A DNA stretch of 64,000 nt, from positions 1,824,001 to 1,888,000 of the forward strand of contig OY729431.1 of the NCBI GenBank assembly GCA_963422395.1, written 5' to 3'. This document shows positions 19,889-30,000 of the stretch, in pieces (the stretch's first letter is position 1; each line of letters starts with the position of its first letter). The notes under the pieces were generated by a model that worked only from the letters and a program-made list of their open reading frames with translations, was not told the DNA's origin and made no database searches. The position numbers and the translations under genes were made by a program. This stretch comes from Vicinamibacteria bacterium. Its GTDB lineage: Bacteria > Acidobacteriota > Vicinamibacteria > Marinacidobacterales > Marinacidobacteraceae.

Positions 19889-21742
19889 CTATTCGCGGAG
19901 GAAGAGGAAGCCGCGGGCGCGGCCGACGGAGAGCTCGAAGGCGCGGGGGCGGCCTCGGTCGGGGTCCGCAAGACCTGGGAGGAACCGGACCGTGCCGCCG
20001 GGGAAGGAGAAGACCGGCGCCGGGATCGAGGCGGTGGCTTCCCCATCGAGGAAGGCCGGTTCGAGGGACCACGCTCCGCCGTCCTGCCGGTGGAGCGTGA
20101 GGCCGGACCCGGCGCTTGAGCGCACTTCCCAGGCGGCGCCGCCGAGTTCGCGGCAGCGGAAGGTCCCGGTCAGCGGCAGCAGCTCGGCAAGCGGAGGGGT
20201 CCAGGGCTCGACGCGGCGGTAGGGGAAATCCCGCTGGCCCGGCTGCCGGAGGAGGAAGCCGCCCGACCCGTCGGGCCCCGCCGTTCCCGCCGGTTGCGGC
20301 ACGAGGCGCATCTGCCGGCCACCGGCGGAGGCGGTCAGCCACCCGTTCTCCGCCCGCTGGAGCGCGGCCGCGAAACCGTCGCGCACGAGCACCAGCCCCC
20401 TTCCTTCGGAGACTCCGGAACCGTCGCCCGCCGAGGCGGGCTCGATGACGGCGAGCGAGGCGGAAGCGGCCTCCCAGAACCGCCCCGGCGCGATCGGCGG
20501 GTCCGCTGTCGGAACGGCGGGGAGCGAGGGCGCTTCCCGGGGATCGAGCGCCGCTTCGAGGAAGAGATCGGCCACCCGGCGGGCCAGCGCTCCGGCGTCG
20601 GCGTTCGCGGCGTTGCAGAGGACGAAGACGGCGAACTCCTGCTCGGGGAAGCGGAGCGAATGGGTGCGGAAACCCACGAAGCCGCCGCCGTGGGAGACCG
20701 TCGGCAGGCCCCGATACTCGCCGAGCGCGAGGCCGGCGGCGTAGTCCTGAGGCGAACCGTCGGAAAACCGCCCCGGCTCGACGAGCCGCTCGGCGAACCG
20801 TGGGCCGAGCGCCGCCGGATCGAGGAACATCCGTTCCCAGCGCCGCAGATCCTGAATCGTGGTGTAGAGCCCGCCGTCCCCGATCATTTCCAGGGTGGTC
20901 TGGTCGAGCTCGAAACCGCCGTCCGCCTCTTCTTCCGCCCTGCCGTCCCGCGCCTCCCGCTTCGGACGCGGCCGGTAGCCGGCAGCCCGACCGGGGACGA
21001 TCTCCCGGTAGCGGTCGTGGAAGTGGGTCGCCTGCATCCCGAGCGGCTCGAAGAGATGCTCCCCGGCGAACTCCCGCAGCGTCTTTCCCGAGACCCGAGA
21101 GATCAGTCGGCCGAGCAGCCAGTACCCCGAGTTGGAGTAGAGATATTCGGTGCCCGGCTCGAAATTCAGTCGATCGAGCCGGCGGAGCGCTGCCAGCACC
21201 TCGGCGTCGGTGTAGTGCGCGTCGTCGCCGTGGCCGGAGAGGGTCATGACCGCGAGGTAGTCGCGGATGCCGCTCGTGTGGTGGATCAGGTGCCGGACCC
21301 GCACCGGCTCCGCCCAGGCGGGCAGGTCGGGGAAGTGTTTCCGCAGCGGCTCTTCGAGCGAGAGCAGCCCCCGATCTTCCGCCGCCAGCACCGCCGCCGC
21401 GGTGAATTGCTTGGAGACCGAAGCCATGCGGAAGACCGAATCCGGGGTCAGGGGAACCCCGTGGTCGAGGTTCGCCATTCCGTAAGCGTCCCGGAAGACG
21501 AACTCCCCCCGCCGGAGGGCGCCCGCGGCGCAGCCGGGCGAATCCTCGCGGTCCCAGGCGCGGAACACCGCATCGAGATCGGCATCGAGAGTACCCGGAG
21601 TCGGTTGCGGCAGCGGCAGCAGCGAAGCGGGAAGTCCCGGCGGGGGGTGGTGGGCGGAGTTGGAGTTCCAGGCAGCGGACGCCCAGGGCAGCAGGCCGAC
21701 GGCGAACGCGGCGGCGCCGGCGGCCCGGCGGGAACCCGTCAT
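19889..21742 (-). CDS. Secreted serine hydrolase (beta-lactamase/AmpC-like family)
   Basis: Signal peptide; SVSK (SxxK), YSN and HGG motifs. Confidence 0.88.
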   Translation of the reverse strand: MTGSRRAAGAAAFAVGLLPWASAAWNSNSAHHPPPGLPASLLPLPQPTPGTLDADLDAVFRAWDREDSPGCAAGALRRGEFVFRDAYGMANLDHGVPLTPDSVFRMASVSKQFTAAAVLAAEDRGLLSLEEPLRKHFPDLPAWAEPVRVRHLIHHTSGIRDYLAVMTLSGHGDDAHYTDAEVLAALRRLDRLNFEPGTEYLYSNSGYWLLGRLISRVSGKTLREFAGEHLFEPLGMQATHFHDRYREIVPGRAAGYRPRPKREARDGRAEEEADGGFELDQTTLEMIGDGGLYTTIQDLRRWERMFLDPAALGPRFAERLVEPGRFSDGSPQDYAAGLALGEYRGLPTVSHGGGFVGFRTHSLRFPEQEFAVFVLCNAANADAGALARRVADLFLEAALDPREAPSLPAVPTADPPIAPGRFWEAASASLAVIEPASAGDGSGVSEGRGLVLVRDGFAAALQRAENGWLTASAGGRQMRLVPQPAGTAGPDGSGGFLLRQPGQRDFPYRRVEPWTPPLAELLPLTGTFRCRELGGAAWEVRSSAGSGLTLHRQDGGAWSLEPAFLDGEATASIPAPVFSFPGGTVRFLPGLADPDRGRPRAFELSVGRARGFLFLRE

Positions 21743-21753
21743 CTCCAGAGGGC

Positions 21754-22101
21754 TCAGGGGTCCTTCGCCGGGGCCGGAAGCGGGGTCGGGAAGAGGCGCA
21801 CCTCACCGCGCTCTTCCGCTTCGCCGCCCGGAGAGATTCGCGCTTCCCCCTCGCGCTCCACCTGGTCTATCCGGAGCACCGCGTGCATCGGCACGAAAGT
21901 GCGCGGCACTCCCTGGAACTCCCTGGCGATGCGCTCGCTGCCAGGATCGATCACCCGTTTCGTCTCGTCCCGGAAGATCAGGCCCGCGATCTCCACGAAG
22001 CCGAAGAGGCCGCCCTGGCTCACCGAACGGGCGTAGAGCTCGTACACCTCTCCCCGGCTCAGGAAGGTCACCCGGTACACCGTCTTCTCGCTCACACCCA
22101 T
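21754..22101 (-). CDS. DUF1820 family protein
   Basis: YRVTF..GEVYELYA..V...LFGFVEI...DPGSE..EF..V.R..PMH..RID.V pattern. Confidence 0.8.
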   Translation of the reverse strand: MGVSEKTVYRVTFLSRGEVYELYARSVSQGGLFGFVEIAGLIFRDETKRVIDPGSERIAREFQGVPRTFVPMHAVLRIDQVEREGEARISPGGEAEERGEVRLFPTPLPAPAKDP

Positions 22102-22149
22102 GGCGGCGACGGATTATCCCACCGGGTCCGCCGATAGAATCCGCTCTTC

Positions 22150-23328
22150 TTGCCGCTGCCGAAACCCGCCGCCGACTCTGCTTCGCACGGCTTCGCCACC
22201 CGCGCCATCCACGCCGGGCAGTCCCCCGACCCGGGCAGCGGCGCGGTGGTCGTTCCGCTGGTGACCGCATCCACCTTCGTCCAGGAGTCCCCCGGCCGGC
22301 CCGGCGCCTACGAGTACTCGCGCACCGGTAACCCCACCCGCAACGCGCTCGAGGCGAACCTGGCCGCCCTCGAAGGCGGCGCCGGCGCGGCCGCCTGCGC
22401 CTCGGGGATGGCTGCGATCGTGATGGCGCTGGAGCTGGTTGCGAGCGGCGAGCGGGTGGTCGCCACCCGGGACCTCTACGGCGGCACCTACCGGGTGTTC
22501 GAACAGGTGTTGCGCCGGCGGGGGCTCGACTTCGCCTGGGTGGACACCAGCGACACCGAAGCGGCGCTCGCCGAGATCGCCGCCGGGGCCGCCATGGTCT
22601 TCCTGGAGACGCCGACGAACCCCATGCTGCGGATCGCCGATCTCCGAATGCTCGCCGACGCCGGCCGCGCGGCGGGGGCGGTGGTGGTGGTGGACAACAC
22701 CTTCATGTCCCCCTTCTTCCAGCGCCCCCTCGAACTCGGCGCCGACATCGTGGTCCACTCGTCCACGAAGTACCTGAACGGCCACAGCGACGGGGTGGGC
22801 GGCCTGCTGGTGGCCAAGGACCCCGAACATGCGGCCCGTTTCCACTATCTCCAAAACGCCGCGGGCGCCATCCTCTCTCCCTTCGACTGCTGGCTGCTGC
22901 TCCGCAGTTCGAAGACTCTGGCGCTGCGCATGGAGCGGCACGACCGGAACGCGGGCGAACTGGCGCGGATGCTCGACGCGCATCCCGCGGTGGCGCGCGT
23001 CCACTACCCGGGCCTCGCCGCCCATCCCGGACACGAGTTGGCCTGCCGCCAGATGAGCGGCTTCGGGGGGATGCTGTCCTTCGAGGTGGAGACCGGGGAA
23101 CGCGCCCGCCGGGTGATGGAAGCGCTGCGGATCTTCTACATCGCCGAGAGTCTGGGAGGGGTCGAGAGCCTCGCCAACCACCCCGCCACCATGACCCACG
23201 CCTCGATCCCGGAGGCGATCCGCCGCCAGCTCGGCATCGGCGACGGACTGGTGCGGCTCTCGGTCGGAGTCGAGGATTCCGGAGACCTGCTCGCCGACCT
23301 CGAAGCCGCCCTCGCGGTCCTCGGCTAG
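22150..23328 (+). CDS. Cystathionine gamma-lyase/gamma-synthase (PLP)
   Basis: YSRTGNPTR, SGMAAI, ETPTNP, DNTF, HSSTKY and ESLGGVESL motifs. Confidence 0.93.
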   Translation: MPLPKPAADSASHGFATRAIHAGQSPDPGSGAVVVPLVTASTFVQESPGRPGAYEYSRTGNPTRNALEANLAALEGGAGAAACASGMAAIVMALELVASGERVVATRDLYGGTYRVFEQVLRRRGLDFAWVDTSDTEAALAEIAAGAAMVFLETPTNPMLRIADLRMLADAGRAAGAVVVVDNTFMSPFFQRPLELGADIVVHSSTKYLNGHSDGVGGLLVAKDPEHAARFHYLQNAAGAILSPFDCWLLLRSSKTLALRMERHDRNAGELARMLDAHPAVARVHYPGLAAHPGHELACRQMSGFGGMLSFEVETGERARRVMEALRIFYIAESLGGVESLANHPATMTHASIPEAIRRQLGIGDGLVRLSVGVEDSGDLLADLEAALAVLG

Positions 23329-23373
23329 CAGTCTGTGGATTCGCCGCTGGAAGCGGCGGCACCGGGGTTGCCC

Positions 23374-23961
23374 ATGGATTCCGTGCTCCCCCCCGGAACC
23401 GGGCCGCAGCTCGGGCCGGACGCCGCACTCGCCACCCGTCTCCGTTCCCGGATCCGCACCGTCCCCGACCATCCGAAGCCGGGGATTCTCTTCCGGGACA
23501 TCACTCCGCTGCTGGAGGATCCCGGAGCTCTCGGAGAAGCGGTGGAAGCGATGGCCGGCCCCTTCCTCTCCGGGGCGACGGCCGCAGAGGCAGTTGCCGG
23601 GATCGAAAGCCGGGGCTTCCTCTTCGGCACCCCGGTCGCACTGCGGCTGGGAGCGGCCTTCCTGCCGCTGCGGAAAGCGGGGAAGTTGCCGAAGCCGGTA
23701 GCTGCCGAGCCCTATTCGCTGGAATACGGAAAGGCTTCGCTCGAAATCCGGACCGCATCGCTCGTGCCCGGGCAGCGGGTGCTGATCATCGACGATGTGC
23801 TGGCCACCGGCGGCACCGCCGCCGCTGCCTTTCGCCTGCTCCGGCGGCGCGGCGGCGCAGTCGTCGGCTTTTCCTTCTTGTTGTCGCTTCCCGATCTCGG
23901 CGGGGAGGATCGTCTCGCCGCCCTCGGAGTCCCGGTCCACTCCCTGCTCCGGTTTCCCTGA
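23374..23961 (+). CDS. apt: Adenine phosphoribosyltransferase
   Basis: PDHPKPGILFRDITPL, IESRGF, YSLEYG and IDDVLATGGT motifs. Confidence 0.95.
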   Translation: MDSVLPPGTGPQLGPDAALATRLRSRIRTVPDHPKPGILFRDITPLLEDPGALGEAVEAMAGPFLSGATAAEAVAGIESRGFLFGTPVALRLGAAFLPLRKAGKLPKPVAAEPYSLEYGKASLEIRTASLVPGQRVLIIDDVLATGGTAAAAFRLLRRRGGAVVGFSFLLSLPDLGGEDRLAALGVPVHSLLRFP

Positions 23962-24026
23962 TCGGCTTTCCCGATCGGTAGGCCGACGGTACGATTCCCG
24001 CTCGGGCGCCGTCCCGGCCGTTTCAT

Positions 24027-24100
24027 GCGCCTGTAGCTCAGGCGGACAGAGCGACGGATTCCTAATCCGTAGGTCGCAGGTTCGAGTCCTGCCAGGCGTA
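24027..24100 (+). tRNA. tRNA-Arg (CCT); CCA not encoded
   Basis: Acceptor stem GCGCCTG/CAGGCGT, anticodon arm ACGGA-TTCCTAA-TCCGT, T-loop GGTTCGAGTCC. Confidence 0.96.
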
Positions 24101-24128
24101 CGCCGCGCGGCGCCGATCCTTTCCAGCC

Positions 24129-25745
24129 ATGCGCCCGAAAATCTCTTCCATCTTCCTTCGGGCGGCAGCTTGCCTCGCTCTCCTGCCGGCGGCAGCCGCC
24201 GGCCAGGAGGTGCGCTCGGAAGAGATCCCGCCACCGGCCGAGCTGCGGAACCCGCGATCCACCCTCGACACCTTCCTCGGCGGGCAGCTCCAGGAGGAGA
24301 TCCCCTGGGAGACGGTCACCAGCGCCCTCGCCTTCGAGGCCGGCACCCCCCCGGAGGCGCAACAGCTCACCGCGGCGCAGCTCAAATCGGTGCTCGACGG
24401 ACGCGGGCTGTTCGTGCGTCTCCTGGCCGTTCCCGCAGACCCGGACTACACCGACCCCGAGAGCCAGCAGGCCGAGTTCCGCCCCTTCCCCCTCCGGCTG
24501 CCCGATTTTCGGGTGGACCGCGGCGACGACCTGGCCTGGCGCATCTCGGCGAGAACGGTGCGCGCCGCCCCCGTTCTCTACGAAGAGACCTTCTCGTGGT
24601 ACGCGAGGCGTCTGCTCGAGCTGCTGCCGCCCATCGTCGAGCGCCCTTTCTGGGGATTCACCCTGTGGCAGGTCCTGGGCCTGCTCCTCCTCGCGGCGCT
24701 CGCCTGGACCGCGCAGCAGCTGTTGCGGCTCCTGTTCCGCTTCTCCCTCACCCGGTTCGCCAACCGCCGCGCCGGCTGGGAGGCCGAGACGGCGAGCGCC
24801 GCCGCGCTGCCCGCCTCCTGGCTCGCCGTGGTGTGGATCTTTCAGCGCTTCCTCGCCGACTTGCACTTCCCGGTACTGGTCAACCAGGCATCCAACCTGC
24901 TCCTCGACCTCGCCTTCGCCGCCATCGGCGTCTGGCTCTCCTACCGGGCGATCGACGCCCTCTGCGTTCGACTCGAAGACATCACCGCACGGACTGAAAC
25001 CCGCGTGGACGACCATCTGGTGCCGCTCGCCCGCACGGTGCTCCGGGTGGGCGTCTTGATCGCGGCGGTGGTGCTGATCGCCCACAGCCACGGCTACTCG
25101 GTCACCACCCTGGTCGCCGGGCTCGGCCTCGGCGGCCTCGCGATCGCCCTCGCCGCCCAGGACACCCTCGCGAATGTGCTGGGGTCGCTGGCGATCGTCG
25201 GCGACCGCCCGTTCCAGGTGGGGGACTGGGTGCTGGTGGGCGGCCACGAGGGGACCGTCGAGCGGGTGGGGCTCCGCTCCACCCGGGTGCGGACCTTCTA
25301 CGACTCGGTGGTGAGCGTCCCGAACAGCAAGGTCGTCAACTCCATCGTGGACAACATGGGGCGCCGCACCTACCGGCGGATGAAGCACCTGCTGGGGCTG
25401 CGCTACGACACCGACCCCGACCGCATCCATGCCTTCGTGGAGGGGATCCGCGACCTCATCCGCAGCCGACCGGCGATGCGGCACGACTACTTCGAGGTTC
25501 ACCTGAACCGGTTCTCCGAGTCCTCGGTGGAGGTCCTGGTGTACTGCTTCTTCCGGGTTCCCGACTGGCACGCCGAGCTGACCGAGCGTCACGAATTCCT
25601 CCTCGGCATCCTCCGGCTGGCGAAGCAGCTCGGCGTGGAGTTCGCCTTCCCCACCCGGACCGTCGCGCTGGAACCGGGCGCTCTTCCGGAGGGAGTCCCG
25701 GGCGGCGAAAACGGCCCGCCGGCGGCGTCCCCTCCTTCCGGCTGA
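24129..25745 (+). CDS. MscS-family mechanosensitive channel with N-terminal periplasmic domain
   Basis: GLGLGGLAIALAAQDTLAN, DRPFQVGDW, GLRSTR and EFAFPT motifs. Confidence 0.92.
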   Translation: MRPKISSIFLRAAACLALLPAAAAGQEVRSEEIPPPAELRNPRSTLDTFLGGQLQEEIPWETVTSALAFEAGTPPEAQQLTAAQLKSVLDGRGLFVRLLAVPADPDYTDPESQQAEFRPFPLRLPDFRVDRGDDLAWRISARTVRAAPVLYEETFSWYARRLLELLPPIVERPFWGFTLWQVLGLLLLAALAWTAQQLLRLLFRFSLTRFANRRAGWEAETASAAALPASWLAVVWIFQRFLADLHFPVLVNQASNLLLDLAFAAIGVWLSYRAIDALCVRLEDITARTETRVDDHLVPLARTVLRVGVLIAAVVLIAHSHGYSVTTLVAGLGLGGLAIALAAQDTLANVLGSLAIVGDRPFQVGDWVLVGGHEGTVERVGLRSTRVRTFYDSVVSVPNSKVVNSIVDNMGRRTYRRMKHLLGLRYDTDPDRIHAFVEGIRDLIRSRPAMRHDYFEVHLNRFSESSVEVLVYCFFRVPDWHAELTERHEFLLGILRLAKQLGVEFAFPTRTVALEPGALPEGVPGGENGPPAASPPSG

Positions 25746-25828
25746 CGGACCGGACCCGCGGCCTTGCGCATCGGGCGAACCAGCCCGGGAACCGACCCGA
25801 GCGACCAGCCCGAAACCAGCGGAACCGG

Positions 25829-27640
25829 TCAGCGAATTTCGGGGAGGAACGGAAGGAGCGCCAGCCGGCCCCCCCGGAGCACCTCGACGAGCAGGGGCAG
25901 CCGCCCCCGCACTCCGCCGGCAGCGAGCCGCGCCTCGATCGCCTCCGCGAGGGTCGGCGGCTCCGGCAGGACGATCGTCTCGATGGGCGCTCCCTCGGGA
26001 AACCCCGCCTCGACCGCGGCCAGCCGGACCGCATCCGCGAGCCCGCCGAGTTCGTCCACCAGCCCTGCTTCGAGCGCCTGCCGCCCGCTGAAGACCCGGC
26101 CCTGCCCCCGGGCATCCACCTCCGCCGCCGTCATCGCGCGCGCCTCGGCCACCCGTTCGACGAAGACTCCATAGGCCTCGGCCGCGCCCTCGCGCAGCCG
26201 TTCCCGTTCTTCCGGGTCCAGCGGACGGGCGGGGCTGAGCCAGTTCGGACGGCCGCCGAGCGAAACGATTTCGGAAGCCACCCCGACCTTCTCGAGTAGC
26301 TCGCCGATGCTGAACTTGCCGACCCAGACCCCGATGGAGCCGGTCACGCTGAGCGGCGCCGCCACCACCCGCCGCGCCGCAGTGGAGACCCAGTAGCCGC
26401 CCGAAGCGGCGGTATCGCCGAAGGAGGCGACGACCGGCTTCGCCGCGCGCACCCGTTCCGCAGCCCGCCAGATACTGTCGGAGGCGGAATCCGCGCCGCC
26501 GGGACTGGAAACGCGGAGCACCACTGCATCCACCGACGGCTCCTCGCGGGCCCAGTCGAGCGCCGCGGCCACCGTCTCCGCCCCGGCGACTTTCCCGAAC
26601 ATCACTTCGTCGCGGCTCGCTCCGGACAGGATCGCCCCATCCACATGGACGACGGCTACCCGCGCACCGCCGGCCCCCTCCGCCCCGGATCCCGAAATAC
26701 CGAAGCCGGACGAGGCGAGATAGTCGCCGAGCGGAAGCAGCGCCCCTTCCCCGAGATCATCCCGAATCTCGTCCTGGTAGCTGAGGGCGTCCACCAGGCC
26801 CCGGTCGAGCGCCTGGCGCGCGGTGTGGGGTCCGTCGGTGAGCAGCCGGTCGGCCTCCGCCAGCGCCATCCCCCTGCCCTCGGCCACCGCGGCGGCGAGT
26901 TCGGCTCGGTAGTCCTCGCCGAGTGAGGTGAGCTGAGCCCGGTGTTCGGGGGTCATCCGCGACCTGGTGAACACCTCGGGCGCGGTCTTGTAGGCGCCGA
27001 TGGCTTCGAACTGCGCCTCGACCCCCAGCTTCTCGAGGAGATCTCCGTAGAACAGCACCTCCAGGGAGATCCCGTAGAGCCCCAATTGGCCGCGTGGGTG
27101 GAGATGGACGCGCTCGGCGGCGCTCGCGAGGTAGTAGTCCATCAGGCCCGCGTACTCCAGGGAAGCGGTCACCCGCTTGCCGACCTCGCGGAAACGGAGC
27201 GCTGCGTCCCGGAGTTCCTGTGCGCGCGCCCAGCCGATCTGCGTCTCCCGGACCCGGAGGTGCAGCCCGACGATTCTGGGGTCTGCCGCGGCGGCGGAGA
27301 CCGCGGCGATCAGCTCGCCGAAACTCGGGCCCGCATCCAGGAAGAGGAACGGGGCGTGCGGCAGGGTCTCCGGGTAGTCGGCGCCGGTGCCGACCAGCAG
27401 GATGCTTCCCTCCGGCACCGGCGGCCCTCCGCCGAAAACGAAAGCGGCCAGCATTCCGAAGAGCAGGACGCCGATGCCGAGGGCGAGAACGAGCATGGCC
27501 GCGAGCAGACAGCCGGTTCGGGACCGGCGTCTGCCGGCACCGGGAGGAGCAGCCGACGGAGGAGGCAGCGGTCCAGCGCCGCCGCGGCCGACTCCCGGAG
27601 GCTGTCCGGAGAACCCCGGCGGGGCGGAGAGCTCGCTCAC
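25829..27640 (-). CDS. sppA: Signal peptide peptidase SppA, 67K type (start uncertain)
   Basis: YKTAPE, RVSSPGG, AASGGYW, TGSIGV and GRVFSG..GLVD motifs. Confidence 0.92.
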   Translation of the reverse strand: MSELSAPPGFSGQPPGVGRGGAGPLPPPSAAPPGAGRRRSRTGCLLAAMLVLALGIGVLLFGMLAAFVFGGGPPVPEGSILLVGTGADYPETLPHAPFLFLDAGPSFGELIAAVSAAAADPRIVGLHLRVRETQIGWARAQELRDAALRFREVGKRVTASLEYAGLMDYYLASAAERVHLHPRGQLGLYGISLEVLFYGDLLEKLGVEAQFEAIGAYKTAPEVFTRSRMTPEHRAQLTSLGEDYRAELAAAVAEGRGMALAEADRLLTDGPHTARQALDRGLVDALSYQDEIRDDLGEGALLPLGDYLASSGFGISGSGAEGAGGARVAVVHVDGAILSGASRDEVMFGKVAGAETVAAALDWAREEPSVDAVVLRVSSPGGADSASDSIWRAAERVRAAKPVVASFGDTAASGGYWVSTAARRVVAAPLSVTGSIGVWVGKFSIGELLEKVGVASEIVSLGGRPNWLSPARPLDPEERERLREGAAEAYGVFVERVAEARAMTAAEVDARGQGRVFSGRQALEAGLVDELGGLADAVRLAAVEAGFPEGAPIETIVLPEPPTLAEAIEARLAAGGVRGRLPLLVEVLRGGRLALLPFLPEIR

Positions 27641-27788
27641 CCGGCGGAAAACCCCGGAAACGGGACCGGGCACTGCGCCGGAATCACGCAGCGTCCCGCG
27701 GGGAACGCCGCACTCCGCGGGAAGGATTCATCGCTGCCTGCACCACCATCTGTCGAGGGGTCGGAGAGAGGATCGGGGGGAGAGGCGA

Positions 27789-28475
27789 TCAGGAAGAGAT
27801 GTCGGGAAGCCGATCGCGCCGCGCCTCCGCGAGGTCCCGAAACGCCGACGCGGGGTACTCCTCGACGAGCCGCTCGTAGAGCGCGAGCGCCGCTTCCGGA
27901 CGGCCCTGCGCCTCTTCCAGAACTCCGAGTTCGTAGAGCACCGGGTCGAGCGGCAGCTCCCCGCCGCGGTCGAGCAGGCTCCGGTAGTTGACCGCCGCCT
28001 CCTCGGCCATCCCCGACCGCCACTGGACGCCGGCGAGGCTCAGGACGGCGAGCTCGCCGAGCAGGTCGTTACGACTGGAGGCCGCAGTGAAACCCGCTGC
28101 CGCCGCCTCGTAATCACCGAGTGCCCGATGGCAGACCCCGAGGTAGTACTGCGCGGTGCGGCCTTCGAGGGAACTCCCCTGGCTCTCGGCGAGCCCTTCG
28201 AGTTCGGGGAGCGACACCTCGCAGACCCCGGACTGGGCCGGCTCGCCGCCGCTCTGTCGCTGGATCTCGCCGGTGAGGGCGCCGAGACGAGTCTGGGCGG
28301 CCTCCTTCCGGTTCCCCCGGTTCACCAGCAGCCCGCCGATCAGGAGCGCGGCGCCGATTACGCCCGCCGTCGCGGTGACCAGCAGGCGGCGGTTCCCGAG
28401 GGCCCAGTCGTACGCCTGTTCGACGCGATAGAGCAGCGCGTTGCTCTCGAGTCGGTGCCGTTCGTCGCCACGCAT
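27789..28475 (-). CDS. Membrane-anchored TPR protein (YfgM-like)
   Basis: ERHRLESN N-terminus, one TM helix, TPR helices ending EEYPAS. Confidence 0.75.
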   Translation of the reverse strand: MRGDERHRLESNALLYRVEQAYDWALGNRRLLVTATAGVIGAALLIGGLLVNRGNRKEAAQTRLGALTGEIQRQSGGEPAQSGVCEVSLPELEGLAESQGSSLEGRTAQYYLGVCHRALGDYEAAAAGFTAASSRNDLLGELAVLSLAGVQWRSGMAEEAAVNYRSLLDRGGELPLDPVLYELGVLEEAQGRPEAALALYERLVEEYPASAFRDLAEARRDRLPDISS

Positions 28476-28641
28476 CGCGGGTCCGGGAAAAGATTAGCAG
28501 CCGTCGTGGACGGAGTCACCGCGGCAGTGTCGAGTAGCTGGGGGTCCCGGTCGGGAAGACCCGACCGGGGACCCTCGCTCTCCGGCGTGTTCGCGGGGCC
28601 ATGTTGGCCCGCATGGAGCGACCAAACGATGCCCCTTGCAT

Positions 28642-30000
28642 TCAGACCCGGACCACCCCGGTCAACCGGGCGCGGTCCGGGATCCGGCTCGGTCGGCCGG
28701 GGCGGCCCAGGATCGTGACCTCTCCCTCGCAGGCGACTTCCCGGCCGAAGCGGACATCTCCGCTGATCCGCAGCCGATCGCAGGCGATGAGCGAGGGAGG
28801 ACCGTGGGGAAAGCGGGATTCGAGGTCGCTGATGAAGCCGTAGCGCTCGCGGTCGAGCTCTACCGGGGGCGGCTCGCGCACCGGCTCGACGAGCCCGTTC
28901 TCGTCGATGGCGTAGATGTCCGAGCGCAGCACCAAAAGGTTCCCGGTGGTCTTGACCGGCGCGAAGCGGCGCCGCGAGACCTCGACCGCCTGCGCCCCTT
29001 CGAGGGCTTCGATGGCGCTCCCCGCCGCCAGCTCCAAATGGAACACCGGGGTCGAGTCCGGTTTCCGGGGGTCGGCGGTCTTCGGATTCACGATGGTGGG
29101 CAGCGGCAGGAAGCCCTGGTTCCGTTCGAGCGCCCTCGCCAGCGCGTCGAGGCGCAGCCAGAGATTGTTCGCGTTGAAGTAGCGGTACCGCTCGGGATCG
29201 GCGAAGGGGGCGCGGTCTTCCGGCGCGCACTGGGCGGTCTCCCGCAGGACCAGCCGGCCGTCCGCCTTGCGGCGGGCCAGATGGCCGCCCTTCCAGTCCT
29301 GCTCGGTCCGACGGACCGCCTCCATGAGGAAGGGCGCCCCACAACGGATGAAGTATCCGAGCAGCGCCGGATCGGGCGAGCCGCCCGCATTGTCCACATT
29401 GGAAAGGAAGCCGTAGCGGAACCCCTCGTCGAGCAGCCGCGCGAGCAGACCGCCCGCACCGAGCGCGGTGTAGAGGTCGCCGTGTCCCGGAGGACACCAC
29501 TCCAGCTCCGGCCTCCCCGGGACCCGCACCGGAAGGAGGTCTTCCCGGCGCAGCTTCGGGGCTTCGTGCTGCAGGAAACAGTCGATCTTCCGCCCGCCCA
29601 GCGCGCTGCGGATCGCGGCGTCGGTGGCGAAGCTGTTCATGAGCAGCGGTCGGAATCCGGCGAAAGCCGCCTGCTGGAGCGCGATGTCGAGAAAGGTCCG
29701 GTCCTTCGTCGCGCGGAGAAGCGCCTTCGGAGCCCGCATTCCCATCGTGGTGCCGAGCCCCCCGTTCAGGGTGATCGCCACGGTGCGCGCCCGCTCGGCC
29801 GGCGAAGCGGGGGGAGCCTCGGCGGAAAACCGAGGGAGCGCACCGATCGGCTCGATGGCGTCTTCGGCGAGATACCCCGGCCCCCGGCGGGCTTCCGCAA
29901 CCGAACGAAGGAAACTCCGGACGAAGGCGGGCGGCATCCCGCGGCCGCGAAGCGCAGCTTCGATGGGGCCGGCAGCGGAGTTCGACACGGACTCGTTCAC
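28642..30000 (-). CDS. UTP--glucose-1-phosphate uridylyltransferase, eukaryote/actinobacterial UDPGP type
   Basis: LNGGLGTTMG, WCPPGHGD, SNVDN, KGGHL, LRETAQ, FNANNLW and RFAPVKTT motifs; only the 3' part of the 1440-aa ORF. Confidence 0.88.
   Translation of the reverse strand: MNESVSNSAAGPIEAALRGRGMPPAFVRSFLRSVAEARRGPGYLAEDAIEPIGALPRFSAEAPPASPAERARTVAITLNGGLGTTMGMRAPKALLRATKDRTFLDIALQQAAFAGFRPLLMNSFATDAAIRSALGGRKIDCFLQHEAPKLRREDLLPVRVPGRPELEWCPPGHGDLYTALGAGGLLARLLDEGFRYGFLSNVDNAGGSPDPALLGYFIRCGAPFLMEAVRRTEQDWKGGHLARRKADGRLVLRETAQCAPEDRAPFADPERYRYFNANNLWLRLDALARALERNQGFLPLPTIVNPKTADPRKPDSTPVFHLELAAGSAIEALEGAQAVEVSRRRFAPVKTTGNLLVLRSDIYAIDENGLVEPVREPPPVELDRERYGFISDLESRFPHGPPSLIACDRLRISGDVRFGREVACEGEVTILGRPGRPSRIPDRARLTGVVRV

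Noticed and set aside
10015-24100. tRNA-anchored genomic islands
   Set aside because: No integrase and no duplicated tRNA 3' end were noticed; flanking genes are ordinary.
28540-28576. SRP (4.5S) RNA
   Set aside because: Lacks the conserved helix-8 CAGG...GGAA...AGCAG signature.
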